This document shows, in pieces, positions 36,590 to 49,539 of a DNA stretch of 64,000 nucleotides. The number at the start of each line of letters is the position of its first letter. The first letter of the stretch is position 1. A program made the position numbers and the translations under genes. The stretch covers positions 372,001 to 436,000 of the forward strand of contig OZ176052.1 of NCBI GenBank assembly GCA_964247055.1, given 5' to 3'. Source of the stretch: Paragordius varius (Eukaryota > Animalia > Nematomorpha). Below the pieces are notes generated by a model. It did no database searches and was not told where the DNA came from. It saw nothing but the letters and a program-made list of their open reading frames with translations.

Positions 36590-39314
36590 AACATAATCAT
36601 AAAAATCAATTTAGAAACAATTTTTAAACTTTAAAAAACTTAAAATATTATAAAAAAAATTATTTGAAAAGTTTATAGGAATGATAAGGTTGTGAATTTA
36701 ATATTATAAAGTTATGAAAAGGGGGTATGTCAAAAAAATTTAAACATCCAGTAATTATATCGATATCAAGCCACTCTTGTATATATACCAGGAACCAAAT
36801 CTCCAAAAATAAAAATAACATTATGGACCAAAAAAGTTTTAATTTAAAATATATATAATAACAAAATGAAAAACATACTTGAGTGAATAATAAAATTAGG
36901 TAGTAATAAAAGATGAAATACAACTAATATCCGTTGAAAAATTAAAATTTAATTTTTATGGCGTATAATAATCAATATAAACAAATATTATAGCGATGTA
37001 TTTCATGAAATTACATGAAAAAATTAAAATAAATCTAGCGAAACAATAATATTATAAAAATAGAGGTAATCGTAAAATTTAATGTTAAAAGAAATGCGCG
37101 ATAATAAAAAAATGGTGTAAGCATGTTGAAAATATGTATTATTTGTAAAATAAATTTAGAATTAAAAAATAAAACCCTGATGTGGAGTAAATTACCACAA
37201 CAGCATTTAACGTTAAAACAATCAAAACATGAAATTTACTTTTGTAAAATATAGATATAAAAATTTAATTAATTTTGCTAGCACATTTAAACCTAATAAA
37301 TTGTTTATAAATTTGCACCTCATGATCTTTTCACTTTTTTGTATTCGATGTATTAGGGAGGTTACATATCCCAGAGCTAAATCTTTTAACTATAATACTG
37401 TTTTGAAACCTATTTTAGTTTAAAAATGATTATCCAACATTAACCTGTATTATAAAAATAATCTGATAAAGTATATACATTCCGATAGAATAATATATCA
37501 GAAACGTTGCTTTTGGTTTTAGGGCTTACACGTGTTTAAGATGGATTACAATTGTCGCAAGAGTTTCTTCATATCAGATAATGGCAAAATTTGCGAAAAA
37601 TATTGCTAAAACATATTTTTGTGAAAGATAAATACTTCCAAAACATATCATATAAATTTATTATAAACTAATAAAAAGCATATTATATCTAAAAATTAAT
37701 TTTTTGATGTGAATTCCCGAAAGTCCCATTTTTTGGAATTATTATATACGCAAATATGCACGCTGTAAAAAAATACAAATATATGCTGATTTGCTAAAAA
37801 ATTAGAAAACGCATACATTTTTTAAAATTAATTTTGCAAAATTTTGTTGAAGGGTACTTTTTGCTATTTTGCGTTATGGAAACTGTATAACGCTTGACAT
37901 TAAAACACTTATTCTATAATTCGATGATGCTCAACGTTTCTATCACATTAGAATTTAGAATAAAAATTTCGTTCGTCTTCAAAATTATGTGAAAGCCAAT
38001 ATGTTTTTTTTTACAAAAACTTACCAAAATTTTTAAGCAGAAGCTTTTAATTTAAACTGTGGATATATCTGGTTCAATATTATTATATTATATATAAAAA
38101 GTTTGTAATAATATTAAGTTTTTTTACCCTATCCAAAAAGCCTCAAAATTGTATCAAGTACGCTACAAAAATATTTTGCCAATTTTAAAAAAGTATAAGC
38201 GGGTAAAAAGTGGGCCTAAAATAAAAAAGCTTGACTATGTTCGGCGCAATCAAAAAAAAGTAAAAATATACTTAAAATCGTATGGTCCAACACGTTTTCT
38301 GAAAAATTGCCTCAAAGACATAATGATTGTAGACTTCTGTTTCCAAAAAACCTTTTTTACATGCGGTGGGCCCGAACCGGGGGCTTTTAAAAAAAGGACG
38401 AAGCTATGTCGAGCATTAATGATACTTTTTTGATATTTGGATTTGAATGGGTCTACCGGTTTTCCGGAAACAGATCAAAAAGCCATAATTTCCATTCTTA
38501 TAAATATATAGTTTTAGGGAAAACAAAAATGTTCAAAAACTTAAGGTATGTTTTTTTTGTTTTCATAAACTTTTTTTAACACCTAATCAAGTTGTGATGT
38601 ATATAACTTTTAGAGAAATTGAACATAAGAAATGTTAAAAAATTATAAATCTGTGAAGTTGTAAATAACCGACCAGATATTATAAATATTAAGCTGTTAA
38701 AAAAACTTATTTACTAATAATTTTTATTTAGATCTAAATTATAAAACAATATTTCATAGAAAAATCGCTGAATTGCCATAATTGATGCACAAAGTTTTGA
38801 ATTTTAAAACAATAATCGCCTTATGTGATTTCTATTTTTTACCCATTAAATAGGCGGCTTGATTGAATTTATTTGGTGATATTTTCGTCCTGGAAAATAG
38901 ATTGCAATATACTTTTTTAATTATATTAAACATATATTATTAATTTAAAATTTTTAAATGATTTTGTCCATATATATTGATTGTTTTTTTAATGTGATGT
39001 TCCAAACATTGTTATTACGATTATAGTATATTTATTACGATTACTTTTAAAATAATTATTACAAAACTATTGAATGTCTATATCTGTCCTAGCAAAATAA
39101 TGATTGTAAGAAATTAATTTTTTTTGTATATTTAAAAGCCACAACGCACGATTTTAAAATCGCCAGGCTTTAGTTTTCTTATAAATCATATCGTATGATT
39201 AAATAAAAAGACAAGTTATATTTATGTTTCAAATGGTTTTCAGCGTCTGGATTTTGTTATTTTAAGTGAGATAACTCTGAACATAAAGCAAGTTTAGATT
39301 TTGATGATCTACAG

Positions 39315-41266
39315 CAGTGATACTCAAACCGCGGCCCGCGGGCCGCATGCGGCCCTAAGAGAGATTTAAAATTGCCCTATCACTATATTGATAATTAAAT
39401 TATTTTTTTTATTAATGAATTTTAAAATACACATAATTCGCTTATTTTAATATGAATTTATTTTCTTCAATTTTGGTAATTTTAGTTTTTACCCAATTCG
39501 AAATGTAGAAAAATTTCCCTATATTAAAATGATTTCAAATTGGCACACGTTATTCTATTTTCTTTATTTTAAAATTTTTGGATTCCTTTTTTGTATTTAA
39601 GCAAGCTTTTCGCCAAAACTTGTATGTACATATTCTTTTCATTGCTTTCCTGCATCATTTTTTATAACTCATTCCCATAAAATATTTTGCAAATAAACAT
39701 TAAATTTTAACCTGATTTTTATAGCATAATTCAAATTATATTCCTATTTTTTAAAAAAATTTACATAATATTTAAACATAAATTCAAAGGATGACATATT
39801 ATGCTAAACAACGTAAATTATCCGATGAAAATCGCCCTTTAAAAAAGAATGGGAAGAAAAATTCTTTGTCGTTTTAAATAAAAATGTATAATCAACGAGG
39901 AATATTTAAATTTTTTGCCAATGAATAATACCACTAAAGAAAATGATTTTCTCGAAATAATTAACACTTTTTTAGATAATAATGGTATATCTATAAAAAA
40001 TTGGTTTCGATCCGCACAAGGCTGTCCCTCTATGAAACCAAAGGATTATTCTTCTTTTGAAAAAATATAATTTGCAAATATTTTATCCTTACACCGCTTT
40101 ATTCATTAGAAAAACTTGGTTTCGCGGTAAAAGATGAATCACTCAATTAATTAATTAAAACGGTTGTGGATATAGTTAACCATATCCGTGGCAGAAATTC
40201 TACCGCCGTAAATATAAAAACCTTCTAAAAGATATCCACAGTGAGTCTGATGATATTCTTTTGAACACCCCTTTGAGATGGCTAAGCCTTAGCAGAGTAT
40301 TAAATAGATTTTTTGTTGTAAGACAAGAAATTCTATTATTTATAAAAGATAACAGAAAGTTTGACGAGAAAATTAATAGTGACAAATGCTGGGTTCTGCC
40401 TACCTTTGCAACATTACTTAAACTCTTAGTATTTTTGATACGTCATCAAGGGAGCAAAATAACAACCCAATTTGCTAATCAAATATTTGCTTTTGAAGAA
40501 AAATTAATTATATATAAACAAGATTTTATAAATAAACAATCCTATATTTTTCAACACATACCGCGGAGACTAATTTAATAATAGACAAATCATTTAACAT
40601 TTTTAGCTAATGAGATGAAATTCAGATTTCAAGAATTAAGAAATATTAAAAAGTGCTTAAAATTCGTTGAAAATCCATGCCATATGGATATATTCAATAT
40701 TAAGCAACTTGAGCATTTCGGTTTCAGGCTATCATTTAAGAATGTAGATTTCAATAATTCCAATTTGGAGACTATAATCAAGGACTATCATAGAGAAAAA
40801 AGATATGTAGAGTTGTGGCAAGATGGGCCAAATAAATATGAAAATATAAAAAAATGTCCTCAAGTTATCCTAACTGTTTTTCTCTCAACTTACACGTGTG
40901 ATAAGGCATATTCCAAAATAAAATATGCCAAGAATATACAAAGAAATCGCTTAACCGATGATCATATCGACGACGTATTAAGATTGGCCTGTCATGAGGC
41001 GAAACCAAATTTGTCAAAAAACATTGGTTAATATCAAAATAAAAATTGTTATCAAAATATTTTAATTTTTTAAACTAAATGGTGCACAACGAGTTTTTAG
41101 CTGGATTTACATGCGATCAGCAAATAAATCATTGTGCCGATTTAGAGTATAAATATAAGTATATATGTTAAATAGATATGGAATATTTGCCATTATAAGG
41201 TTCATGGCCCTCGAAAAAAAAATATATTTTATTTGACCCGTCAAATTTTTTTGGTGAGTACCACTG
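39315..41266 (+). mobile_element. hAT-Charlie-like element, decayed transposase
   Basis: CAGTGATACTCAAACCGCGGCCCGCGGGCCGCATGCGGCCC...GGTGAGTACCACTG; 8-bp TSD ATCTACAG (39307-39314, 41267-41274); RWLSLSRVLNRF and FLSTYTCDKAYSKIK..QRNRLTD fragments. Confidence 0.9.
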
Positions 41267-42049
41267 ATCTACAGTGTCTTCTATTTTAAATCTAGTTTTT
41301 TGTAGTTTAGCCGTTTACCCTGAATAAATAAATTAAAACGACAATAAAATTATTATATAAGTTTTTATATGCGCTAATTAGTGTTACGCAATGAGTTGTT
41401 ATTTTATAAAAACTATGTACTATGAATATATAATTTTCACACTAAAAATAACTAAAACTAACAAAATAAACATAGCCCTTTTTCTATTGAAGCATGCATG
41501 ATATAATTGACTGCAAAATGGTCATAACGTTAATATGATATAATTTTTTTAATTTGCGATATATCAATATTTATTTCAATGTTGATTTATTTTACAAATC
41601 GGATTTTCGACTTTCTTTGGTGGCTCTTTACCATCTCTTATTTGTGTTTTTTCAGAAGAGAAAATTTTATGTTTGCATATCGTAGATGTCAAACGATTTT
41701 GCTGCAACAAAATTAAAGTCACTTTAAAAACAAACATAAAAATTTTCATATGTAGGATTTGATAAATATCTCAATAATGATTTCACCCCTCTTCCCCAAA
41801 TTATTTAATTGTATTTCTGAATTACCCACTTTGGCGATACCTCTATAAAAAATCTTATATTAATCAATTAATATTAAACTCTTTTGATGGGTGCCTAACC
41901 TCAAAATACATGGCATTAAAATTTTAATTTTTATTTGGTAATCAATAATGTTGTAATTTTTTGAATCTATTTTTTGCCCAAGGTATGAGACCGTAAAAAT
42001 CAATAAGGATTTCACATATTTCCTGTCAAAAGGCAAAAATTTTAGTCAA

Positions 42050-43250
42050 GCGCTTCTTTGATGAAAGCTGCTGGGTAAGGAGTTACCCGGGAAAAACTTA
42101 CCCGTTATATCGAAATAGCGTGCTTTTGGGGCTAAATTTCAGAAAACCTATCGCCATATGAGTTTAATACCTGCTTAAAGTATTACCCGTAAAAAGTCAA
42201 AAATTTAGATCGTGGGTTTTTTAAAATTAGCGCTAGGCCCTTCACGCCCTGAATTCTCCACCATAGAATAATTTTTTTAAGGCAATTTTTCCGAAAATTA
42301 ATGAGAGCATATGGAATCAATCATGATTCCAGGTATTCTCCGTAAAAAATCAAAAAAGTCGAGCGGTTGGTTTTAAATTAGCGGTTAAATAGGCTCTAGG
42401 AATGGGGCGACTCGCGTAAAAATGCGTGACTATATCGGTACAGCATGCCTTTGGAGCCAAATTTCAGAAAACCTATAAGACTTGTGAGTTCAAAAGGGCT
42501 AAAATATTTATTACCGTTTAAAAAACAAATATTTTAGTATAGGGGGTTATTTCAATGAGTCGTTAAGAAAAGTTTTACGCCCTTGAAAATCGGCGTCATA
42601 GAATTATTTTATGGTTTTGAAGCAATATCAACAACTTATAGGAACATATGGACATTATAATTCCAGATATTCCCCATATAAAGACAAAAATTTTGCCCGA
42701 CGCTTTTTTATACCTGCCTCTGGGTATGTAGATACACGCCATAAACTGTGCCACTATATAGAAATTGCGTTATTTTAAACTAATTTAAAACATATGCCAT
42801 ATGAGCCCATTTAAAGTTCAAAATATTACCTGTAACCAGGTATAAGGTCAAGCCTTTTTTTATTAGCCCTTAATTTGGGGCCTTATGCCCTAAAAATACG
42901 CCATCATATAACGAGGGTGATGAGGTATTTTTTCAAATAACCCATGAGACGATAATCTCAAAGATGAATCCAAATATTTTCCCTATTAATCCAAAAAATT
43001 TAACCTAGCGCTTTTTCCATATAGGCTTATTGGTGGGGGTCTACCGGTTAAAAACTGAGATACCCCACAATGGCTTTAAGAAGCCATACATTTCATTAAA
43101 GACTTTAATAAAACTTAAAAATAGTATAGCGGTTTCCGTTAGCCGTGAATTTGGGGCCTTTACACGAGAAAACAATATATTAGTATGAATGCACCGTTTT
43201 GAAAATCCTATGAGATTATAGCTATTAAATAATGTTTCCAAATAATCCAC
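42050..43250. repeat. Degenerate tandem repeat, ~320 bp period
   Basis: AAATTTCAGAAAACCTAT at ~42135 and ~42460; CATAGAATAATTTT / CATAGAATTATTTT and CATATGGA at matching offsets. Confidence 0.5.
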
Positions 43251-43303
43251 ATATATGGATCATTTTATTGATCCCTTTCTTCAAACAAAGCTGTCATTTT
43301 TAA

Positions 43304-43862
43304 CACTTCGATTCAAATTGGGGTATCTAAATACAACAGACTAAATTTAATAGGATTTTTAAAAACAACTGTAGGAAACGGTCTCAATTTAAATTTATGC
43401 TTCCATCCTAATAAAAATTATATAAATATGCCAAAATATCTAAATAAAATTTTGTTTTGAAGAGAAGTTTCATGTCAAACTACTACGACGCCATTTTTAT
43501 ATTACAAAATTTTTGCAAATTATCGTCATCATTTAATTTTAAGGGTAAAATGAAAGCTAATTTTTTATTAAATTACTTTTAACATTGATAGAAATAGAAA
43601 AAGCGGTTTGTGTATTATTTTTCAATTTTACCATGACAGACATGCCACATTGACTAAATTATTACCTTTCGGCTTTAGCTTAAAATAAGTAATATCAAAT
43701 TTTGTTATATATTTCGGTTTATTAATGTTATAAAAGTGCAAGATTTTGCCATGGTTTCAATCCTTCCATATTGTTTTAAGAATTAAATTCTAAACAGGTC
43801 TGGGGTATTTAACTACCCCAATTTGAATCGAAGGACTAAAATAAATATGTTGTATCCAAGTG
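43304..43862 (+). mobile_element. piggyBac-like MITE, complete copy (559 bp)
   Basis: TTAA on both sides; CACTT(C/G)GAT termini; inner repeat CTTCGATTCAAATTGGGGTA 2 bp from the left end and ~29 bp from the right end. Confidence 0.82.
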
Positions 43863-43883
43863 TTAATTAAAAACTTCCATTAA

Positions 43884-44300
43884 CACTTCGATTCAAATTG
43901 GGGTATTTAAATACAACAGACTAAATTTAAGTTAGGATTTTTAAAAAACTACTGAAGGAAACTGTCCCATAAATATATGATTCTCTCCTAATAAAAATTA
44001 TATAAATATGCCAAAATATCTAAATAAAATTTTGTTCTGAAAAAATTCCATGTCAAACTACTTCGACGCTTTTTTTATTTTACAAAATTTTTGCAAAATA
44101 TTTAATTTTAAGGTTAAAATTACATCTAATTTTTTTAAATTATATCTAACATTAATAGAAATAAAAAAAGCGGTTTATTTTGTATTATTTTTTAATTTTA
44201 CCATTTCACATATGCCACGTAGACGAAATTTTTACCTTTCGGTTTTAACTTAAAATCAGTAATATCGAGTATTTTTGAATAAATATTTTTATATATTTCG
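43884..44300 (+). mobile_element. piggyBac-like MITE, right end missing
   Basis: TTAA|CACTTCGATTCAAATTGGGGTA start; colinear with 43304-43730. Confidence 0.72.
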
Positions 44301-44879
44301 GTTTTTAAAAAATCTGGAACATATGGTTACAACGCGCATGTTTTAATTTTAACATATTTTAACATCCGGTAAAATTTTATGTTATATTTTAGTTATATAC
44401 ATGAACGAAGAGAATCCTTTAGTTAAATTTCGTTCCCAACACAATCAAAATCTTATGGAATAGGAATCAAATATCTTATCGACTAGATTATTTGGAGAAT
44501 TATTCACAATGTTGAGTTGTTACTCTTACAGGTCGCTATGAATGCATTAAGATAATGAATTCTGATTTTGAAAGCCAAGTTGTTTATCTTTGTGAAGAAT
44601 ACACCTAAGTATATTTTTTTTGTATCTTTTAAATGGTAAAATTTTGTTCATAAATTAATTTTCGACTCGGTCTCTGGTATACACTAGGCAAAATACTTGT
44701 GACTTTTGGTTATTAAATATTGTGGTTTTAAACAAAATTTATTTTAGAACCGGGACTATAATATTTTTTCAGAATCGTTTTATTTTTACTAATTGTGCAT
44801 ATGCTAGCACTGTTTTAATTATAGTTTGGGCTGAGTTATTAAATCGATATAAAAGAATAAAGTTTGAGAGTTTATATCT

Positions 44880-45800
44880 AGCAATCAGTAACCTGACAGG
44901 ATTGCCAAATTATGGGGCTTACCATCAAGGATTGAATGGTTGTCGATACATAATTGAATGGGTCTAAGTCATTGGAGTGCGATTTATAATTAGGACTATT
45001 TTTATATCAATAGAAAATAAGAAGGAGTAGGTTAGGACAATTGCGGCTTTCATAGAGTCAGGGCTATCAGTGATGATAGTGAGATCGTCCGCGAAGGCCA
45101 AGCATGAGGTAAGGGGATTGTTTAGGGCTACGATAATGGGGTTAATACAGAGGTTAAAGATTAGGCCGGAAAGATGGCCCCCCTGCTTGATTCTTTTAAG
45201 ATAAGGGATGGGGGGTCGGTAAGATTTTTATCGATTAAAAATTGGATAGAAGAATTAAGTAAAATAAAATTTAAAAGGCTTTCAAGCGGTGGGGGCAGGC
45301 CAAGGGACGTTAAAAGTTGGGTGCAGACAGGCAGGGGAATGGAGTCGAAGGCGGCGGAAACGTCCAGCCATAGAAAGATGGTCTGGTGGTTCGCTGTTCG
45401 GGCCTTCGACAAGCGGTTGGAAATGTAGTAATTGTGTTCCAACACGCCGTCGAAGGGGGAAAACCCTTTTTGTTGAGGGGCGATGAGATTGTGGAGGGCT
45501 ACATGGTGGCTGAGGAATTTATGGATGATTTTAGCAAAGATTCGATAGATTATGTTAGAAATGGCGATGGGGCGAAAATTGGAGGGGTCGGAGGTGTCGC
45601 CTTTTTATGGATTAAAATGGAAAAGGATTGCAAGTCTGGAATATCAGGCAGAGATGTTAAAATTTTGGTAAGGTCATCTGCGCCCGAAGTCAGGGGTTTG
45701 ATATTTAATGTAGCGATGATTTGGTTGATACAAAGGATGAAAATAAGGCTTGAGAGGCGGCATTCTTTCTTTATTTCTTTTTGATAATAATAAGGCCTGT
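44880..45800 (-). mobile_element. RLE-type non-LTR RT fragment (Utopia-like)
   Basis: EHNY, LWLDVSAAFDSIP, GIKQG, AFADDL; reverse complement of 46028-46700. Confidence 0.85.
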
Positions 45801-46027
45801 TAATTTTTTGTCAAAAATCTGGCATCGATTATGTTTAAGGCATTTAAAGATCTCAACATTACATCAGGCTTATAGGAAAAAAATCCATAAATTTGTTTTT
45901 CAAATAAAATTTAAAAACCATATTTAAATTGTTTCTTAGAAGGGATAGAATACGCTTGTAGCGGGGTATCCATCCAAATTATCTTTTTTGACTTCATATA
46001 TTCATGAATTTCCACGAATTTTCATAA

Positions 46028-48900
46028 AGAAGGCAACACCTCTGACCCGGCCAATTTTCACCCCATCGCCATTTCTAACATAATTTATCGAATCTTTGCT
46101 AAAATCATCCATAAACACATTAGCCACCATGTTTCTCTCCACAATCTGATCGCCCCCCTACAAAAAGGGTTTTCCCCCTTCGACGGCGTGTTGGAACACA
46201 ATTACTACATTTCCAACCGCTTGTCGAAGGCCCGAACAGCGAACCACCAGACCATCTTTCTATGGCTGGACGTTTCCGCCACCTTCGACTCCATTCCTCT
46301 GCCCGTCTGCACCAAACTTTTAACGTCCCTTGGCCTGCCCCCACCCCTTGAAAGCCTTTTAAACTTTATTCTATACTTAACTCATCAACACAATTCCTAA
46401 TTGACAAAAATTTGACCGACCTCCATCCCCTATCTTAAAGGAATCAAGCAAGGGTGCCCTCTTTCCAGCCTAATTTTTAACCTTTGCCTTAATCCCAATA
46501 TCGTACCCCTAAACAATCGACCCCTCACCTCATGCTTGGCCTTCGCGGACGACCTTACTATCATCACAGATAGCCCCGACTCTATGAAAGCCGCAATTGC
46601 CCTAACCCTCTCCTTCTTATCTTCTATTGATATAAAAATAATCCTAATTATAAATCGCACTCTAATGACTTAGGACCCATTCAATTATGTATCAAAGATC
46701 ACCCAACCTCATACCTGCTCGATAAGTCCCGTTAATTCTTGGGTAAATTTGTTGGATTCTAGATTGTTTCGGAGACAAATTTACAAGTCTAATTCATTTT
46801 ATCGAGATGAAATTGTATTCCTCTATTCCATTACCCCTTGGCAAAAATGCGACAGCTGTTTAATATGCCGACTAATCATCAAAAGCTCTGTTTGGAAATC
46901 GCTCTCTAATCGATATATCTTTAATTAACTCATCTTCGCACATATCCTAAGTCCCTTTCATTTTTCCCGCAAGATGAAACTAATGTTTATTTCTATAGTG
47001 ACACCGATTCTGGTGGATTACAGTGGATTGAATAAAAGAATATTTGTAGTAAAAAAAATTTATATTAGTAAAAAATAAATAGTAGTGAAAATAAAAAGCA
47101 AAGGGCCATGGTGCACGAGTAATCATTTTACCATGCCCATTAAATAATGATTATTTTTACTATTTAATAATGAAGGGAAAGAATATAACGTAGTAGTATG
47201 GTGTTACATAGTCAATAAATACCCTTCCTTTCCAACCTCTTTCTTCTTTCAGTGATATACCATTTTTAAATTTCCCCGTGAATAATTCAATTTCACCTTT
47301 TAACAATACAAAATCATCCCCGAACATTTTAAATTCACCCTAAAATAAATTATGTGCGTATCAATATAAAAATTATCAATATCTTTTTATATTTTTAAGC
47401 AATAAAAATTCTTTAATACCGAAAAAATATATTAAATTTATCCAGAGGTATATCCTTCAAAACCGGCTGGATAATTTATCTGCAAAGATCGGACGAAAAC
47501 TGTTACCTGTGAATAGTCGCTCAAACTCCTCTGAAAACCCATGGTAATATAAAGTGGGAAGGCAGATTAAATTCTCGATCAGATTAACCATTGCCTTCAA
47601 TACTCTCCACAATGGACAAAAAGGCATAACGCATGCCTGGAAATTTTAAAATCACCAAATTAGTTTATGAAAACTTACCTTCTCAACATAACAACCCTTA
47701 TATAATTAATATATTAAAGGTAATTGCTTTAAATTTTAAAAATAAAAAAAAACTATGAAAGATCACTGTATTACAGTCATGTAGACTTTAATTTATCAAA
47801 AATTTACTTTTTTTCGTTAAATGGGTATTAATATTTGGTAAAGAATATAAAAACAAGAGCTATATGGTATTACTATATCATATTCTTTAAAAAAGTAAAA
47901 GAAGTGTGGGGAAAGGGCGTCCGAAATCTTTGGTTAAAAATGAAAATCTTAAAATATTGTTAAAGCGAATGGTAATATTTTTGTTAATTTAGCAAAATTT
48001 TATATATTAATTTGTTTGATAAAATTTTTATTTCTAGATTCAAATTGAGGTACCCAAATATACCCCAGACTAAATCTGAGTTAGCATTTTTAATAAACTA
48101 GTGAAAGAAACGGTCCCAATTTAAATTTATGCTTCTTTCCTAATAAAAATTATATAAATATGCCAAAATATCTAAATAAAATTTTGTTTTGAAAAAATTA
48201 CATGTCAAACAACTTCGACGCCATTTTTATCTTACAAAATATTTGCAAATGTCGTCTCATTTAGTGTTAAGGGTAAAATTAAAACTTTTTTATTTAAATT
48301 ACATCCTACATTCATAGAAATAGATTAAGCGGTTTATTTAATATTTTTTCAATTTTACCATTGCACACATGTCACGTTGACTAAATTTTACCTTTCGTTA
48401 GCTTAAAATTAATATCAAGTATTTTTGAATAATTTTTTTTATATATTTCTGTTTATTATTGTTATTAAGTGCAAAATTTTACAATGGCTTTGATATATTT
48501 AAAAAATTTAATTTTATGATTATTTAATATTGCATCTTTTAAAATCGTTCCCATATCAAAACAAAAAAATTATAATTGAGATAAAAATTACGATTTTCTT
48601 AACCCTTTTATACAATAATTTTGAAGGGTTAGTAGTTAGTGTATTTTCATTTTTTACCAAATATTTCCGACGCCCTTCCCCCACACTTCTTTTACTTTTT
48701 TAAAGAATATGATATGGTAATACCATATAGCTCTTGTTTTTATATTCTTTACCAAATATTAATACCCATTTAACGAAAAAAAGTAAATTTTTGATAAATT
48801 AAAATCTACATGACTGTAAAAAAAATAGATAAATACCAACTGTATACTACCCCTAATACAAGCACAAAAAACAAAAATATTGATGATGAGATATAAAGAA
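46028..48900 (+). mobile_element. Decayed RLE-type non-LTR element interrupted by later insertions
   Basis: RT 46028-~47035 (HPIAISN, LDVSATFDS, KQGCPLS, FADDL, PWQK, GGL); knuckle/RHN piece 47445-47700 (LLPVNSR, HCLQYSPQWTKRHNACLEIL); weak RLE tail near 48830-48890. Confidence 0.72.
47774..48816. mobile_element. Non-autonomous Tc1/mariner-type element with ~185 bp TIRs
   Basis: TA|CAGTCATGTAGA...TCTACATGACTG|TA; 47774-47960 is the reverse complement of ~48630-48816; contains a piggyBac-like MITE remnant at ~48030-48495. Confidence 0.85.
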
Positions 48901-49230
48901 TGGCTTATGCAAACAAATTTTAATCAGCACCACCTTTTATAACTAATATGTATGGAACACATTCATAAAAGACTATATTTAAAAACTAACCAACACACAT
49001 TACAGTAAAAAATGAAATTATACGGACAAAACGTAAAAAATAAAAAGAGAATTTTTTTTTTCTAAAAGAAAACCATACTTTTAAAATCTTGATTTTTTTA
49101 AATATAACTCGTTGTTTTACTGCAAAATATGAAATATATAAATTCAATTTCATCTTATTAGCTTTATATTTGATAAGACATCTATTATGCGCATCTTAAA
49201 TTAAAGCTTCATTTCTTTAATCCAATATTA

Positions 49231-49398
49231 CCATTTACAATTTAAATTCTCCCTTGAACAAATCACCCTCAAACAATTAAAATATATTAATGAATAGAAT
49301 TAAATTAATACTGAAAAAATAATAAACTATGCCATAATATTTTATATTAAAGATGAGTTTTTGCCCAAAAATTTATAATTTATAGATGAATTGTAAAT

Positions 49399-49400
<2 letters not shown>
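49231..49400. mobile_element. Short MITE (TA|CCATTT...AAATGG|TA family)
   Basis: CCATTTACAATT start and AATTGTAAATGG end, TA flanks; related to 63673-63971 and ~47258-47360. Confidence 0.65.
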
Positions 49401-49435
<35 letters not shown>

Positions 49436-49439
49436 AAGT

Positions 49440-49528
49440 AAGCCATCCCCAAAATCTCCAAAAATAAATTTATTTATTATTATGGATTTTTTAATGGTCG
49501 TATCAGATATAAGTAAAAAGAACATATA
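49440..49528 (-). pseudogene. U2: Degenerate U2 snRNA 3'-half fragment
   Basis: Minus strand TATATGTTCTTTTTACTTATATCTGATACGACC...TTTATTTTTGGAGATTTTGGGGA matches 36438-36520; starts at the same U2 position and is cut before stem-loop IV. Confidence 0.8.
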
Positions 49529-49539
49529 CGTTTAATTTA

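Noticed and set aside
36427-36609. Minus-strand ORF as a protein
   Set aside because: It is the antisense of the U2 3' half.
44290-44880. Separate LINE fragment on the minus strand (YLGVFF motif near 44600)
   Set aside because: One short motif among stops is not enough support.
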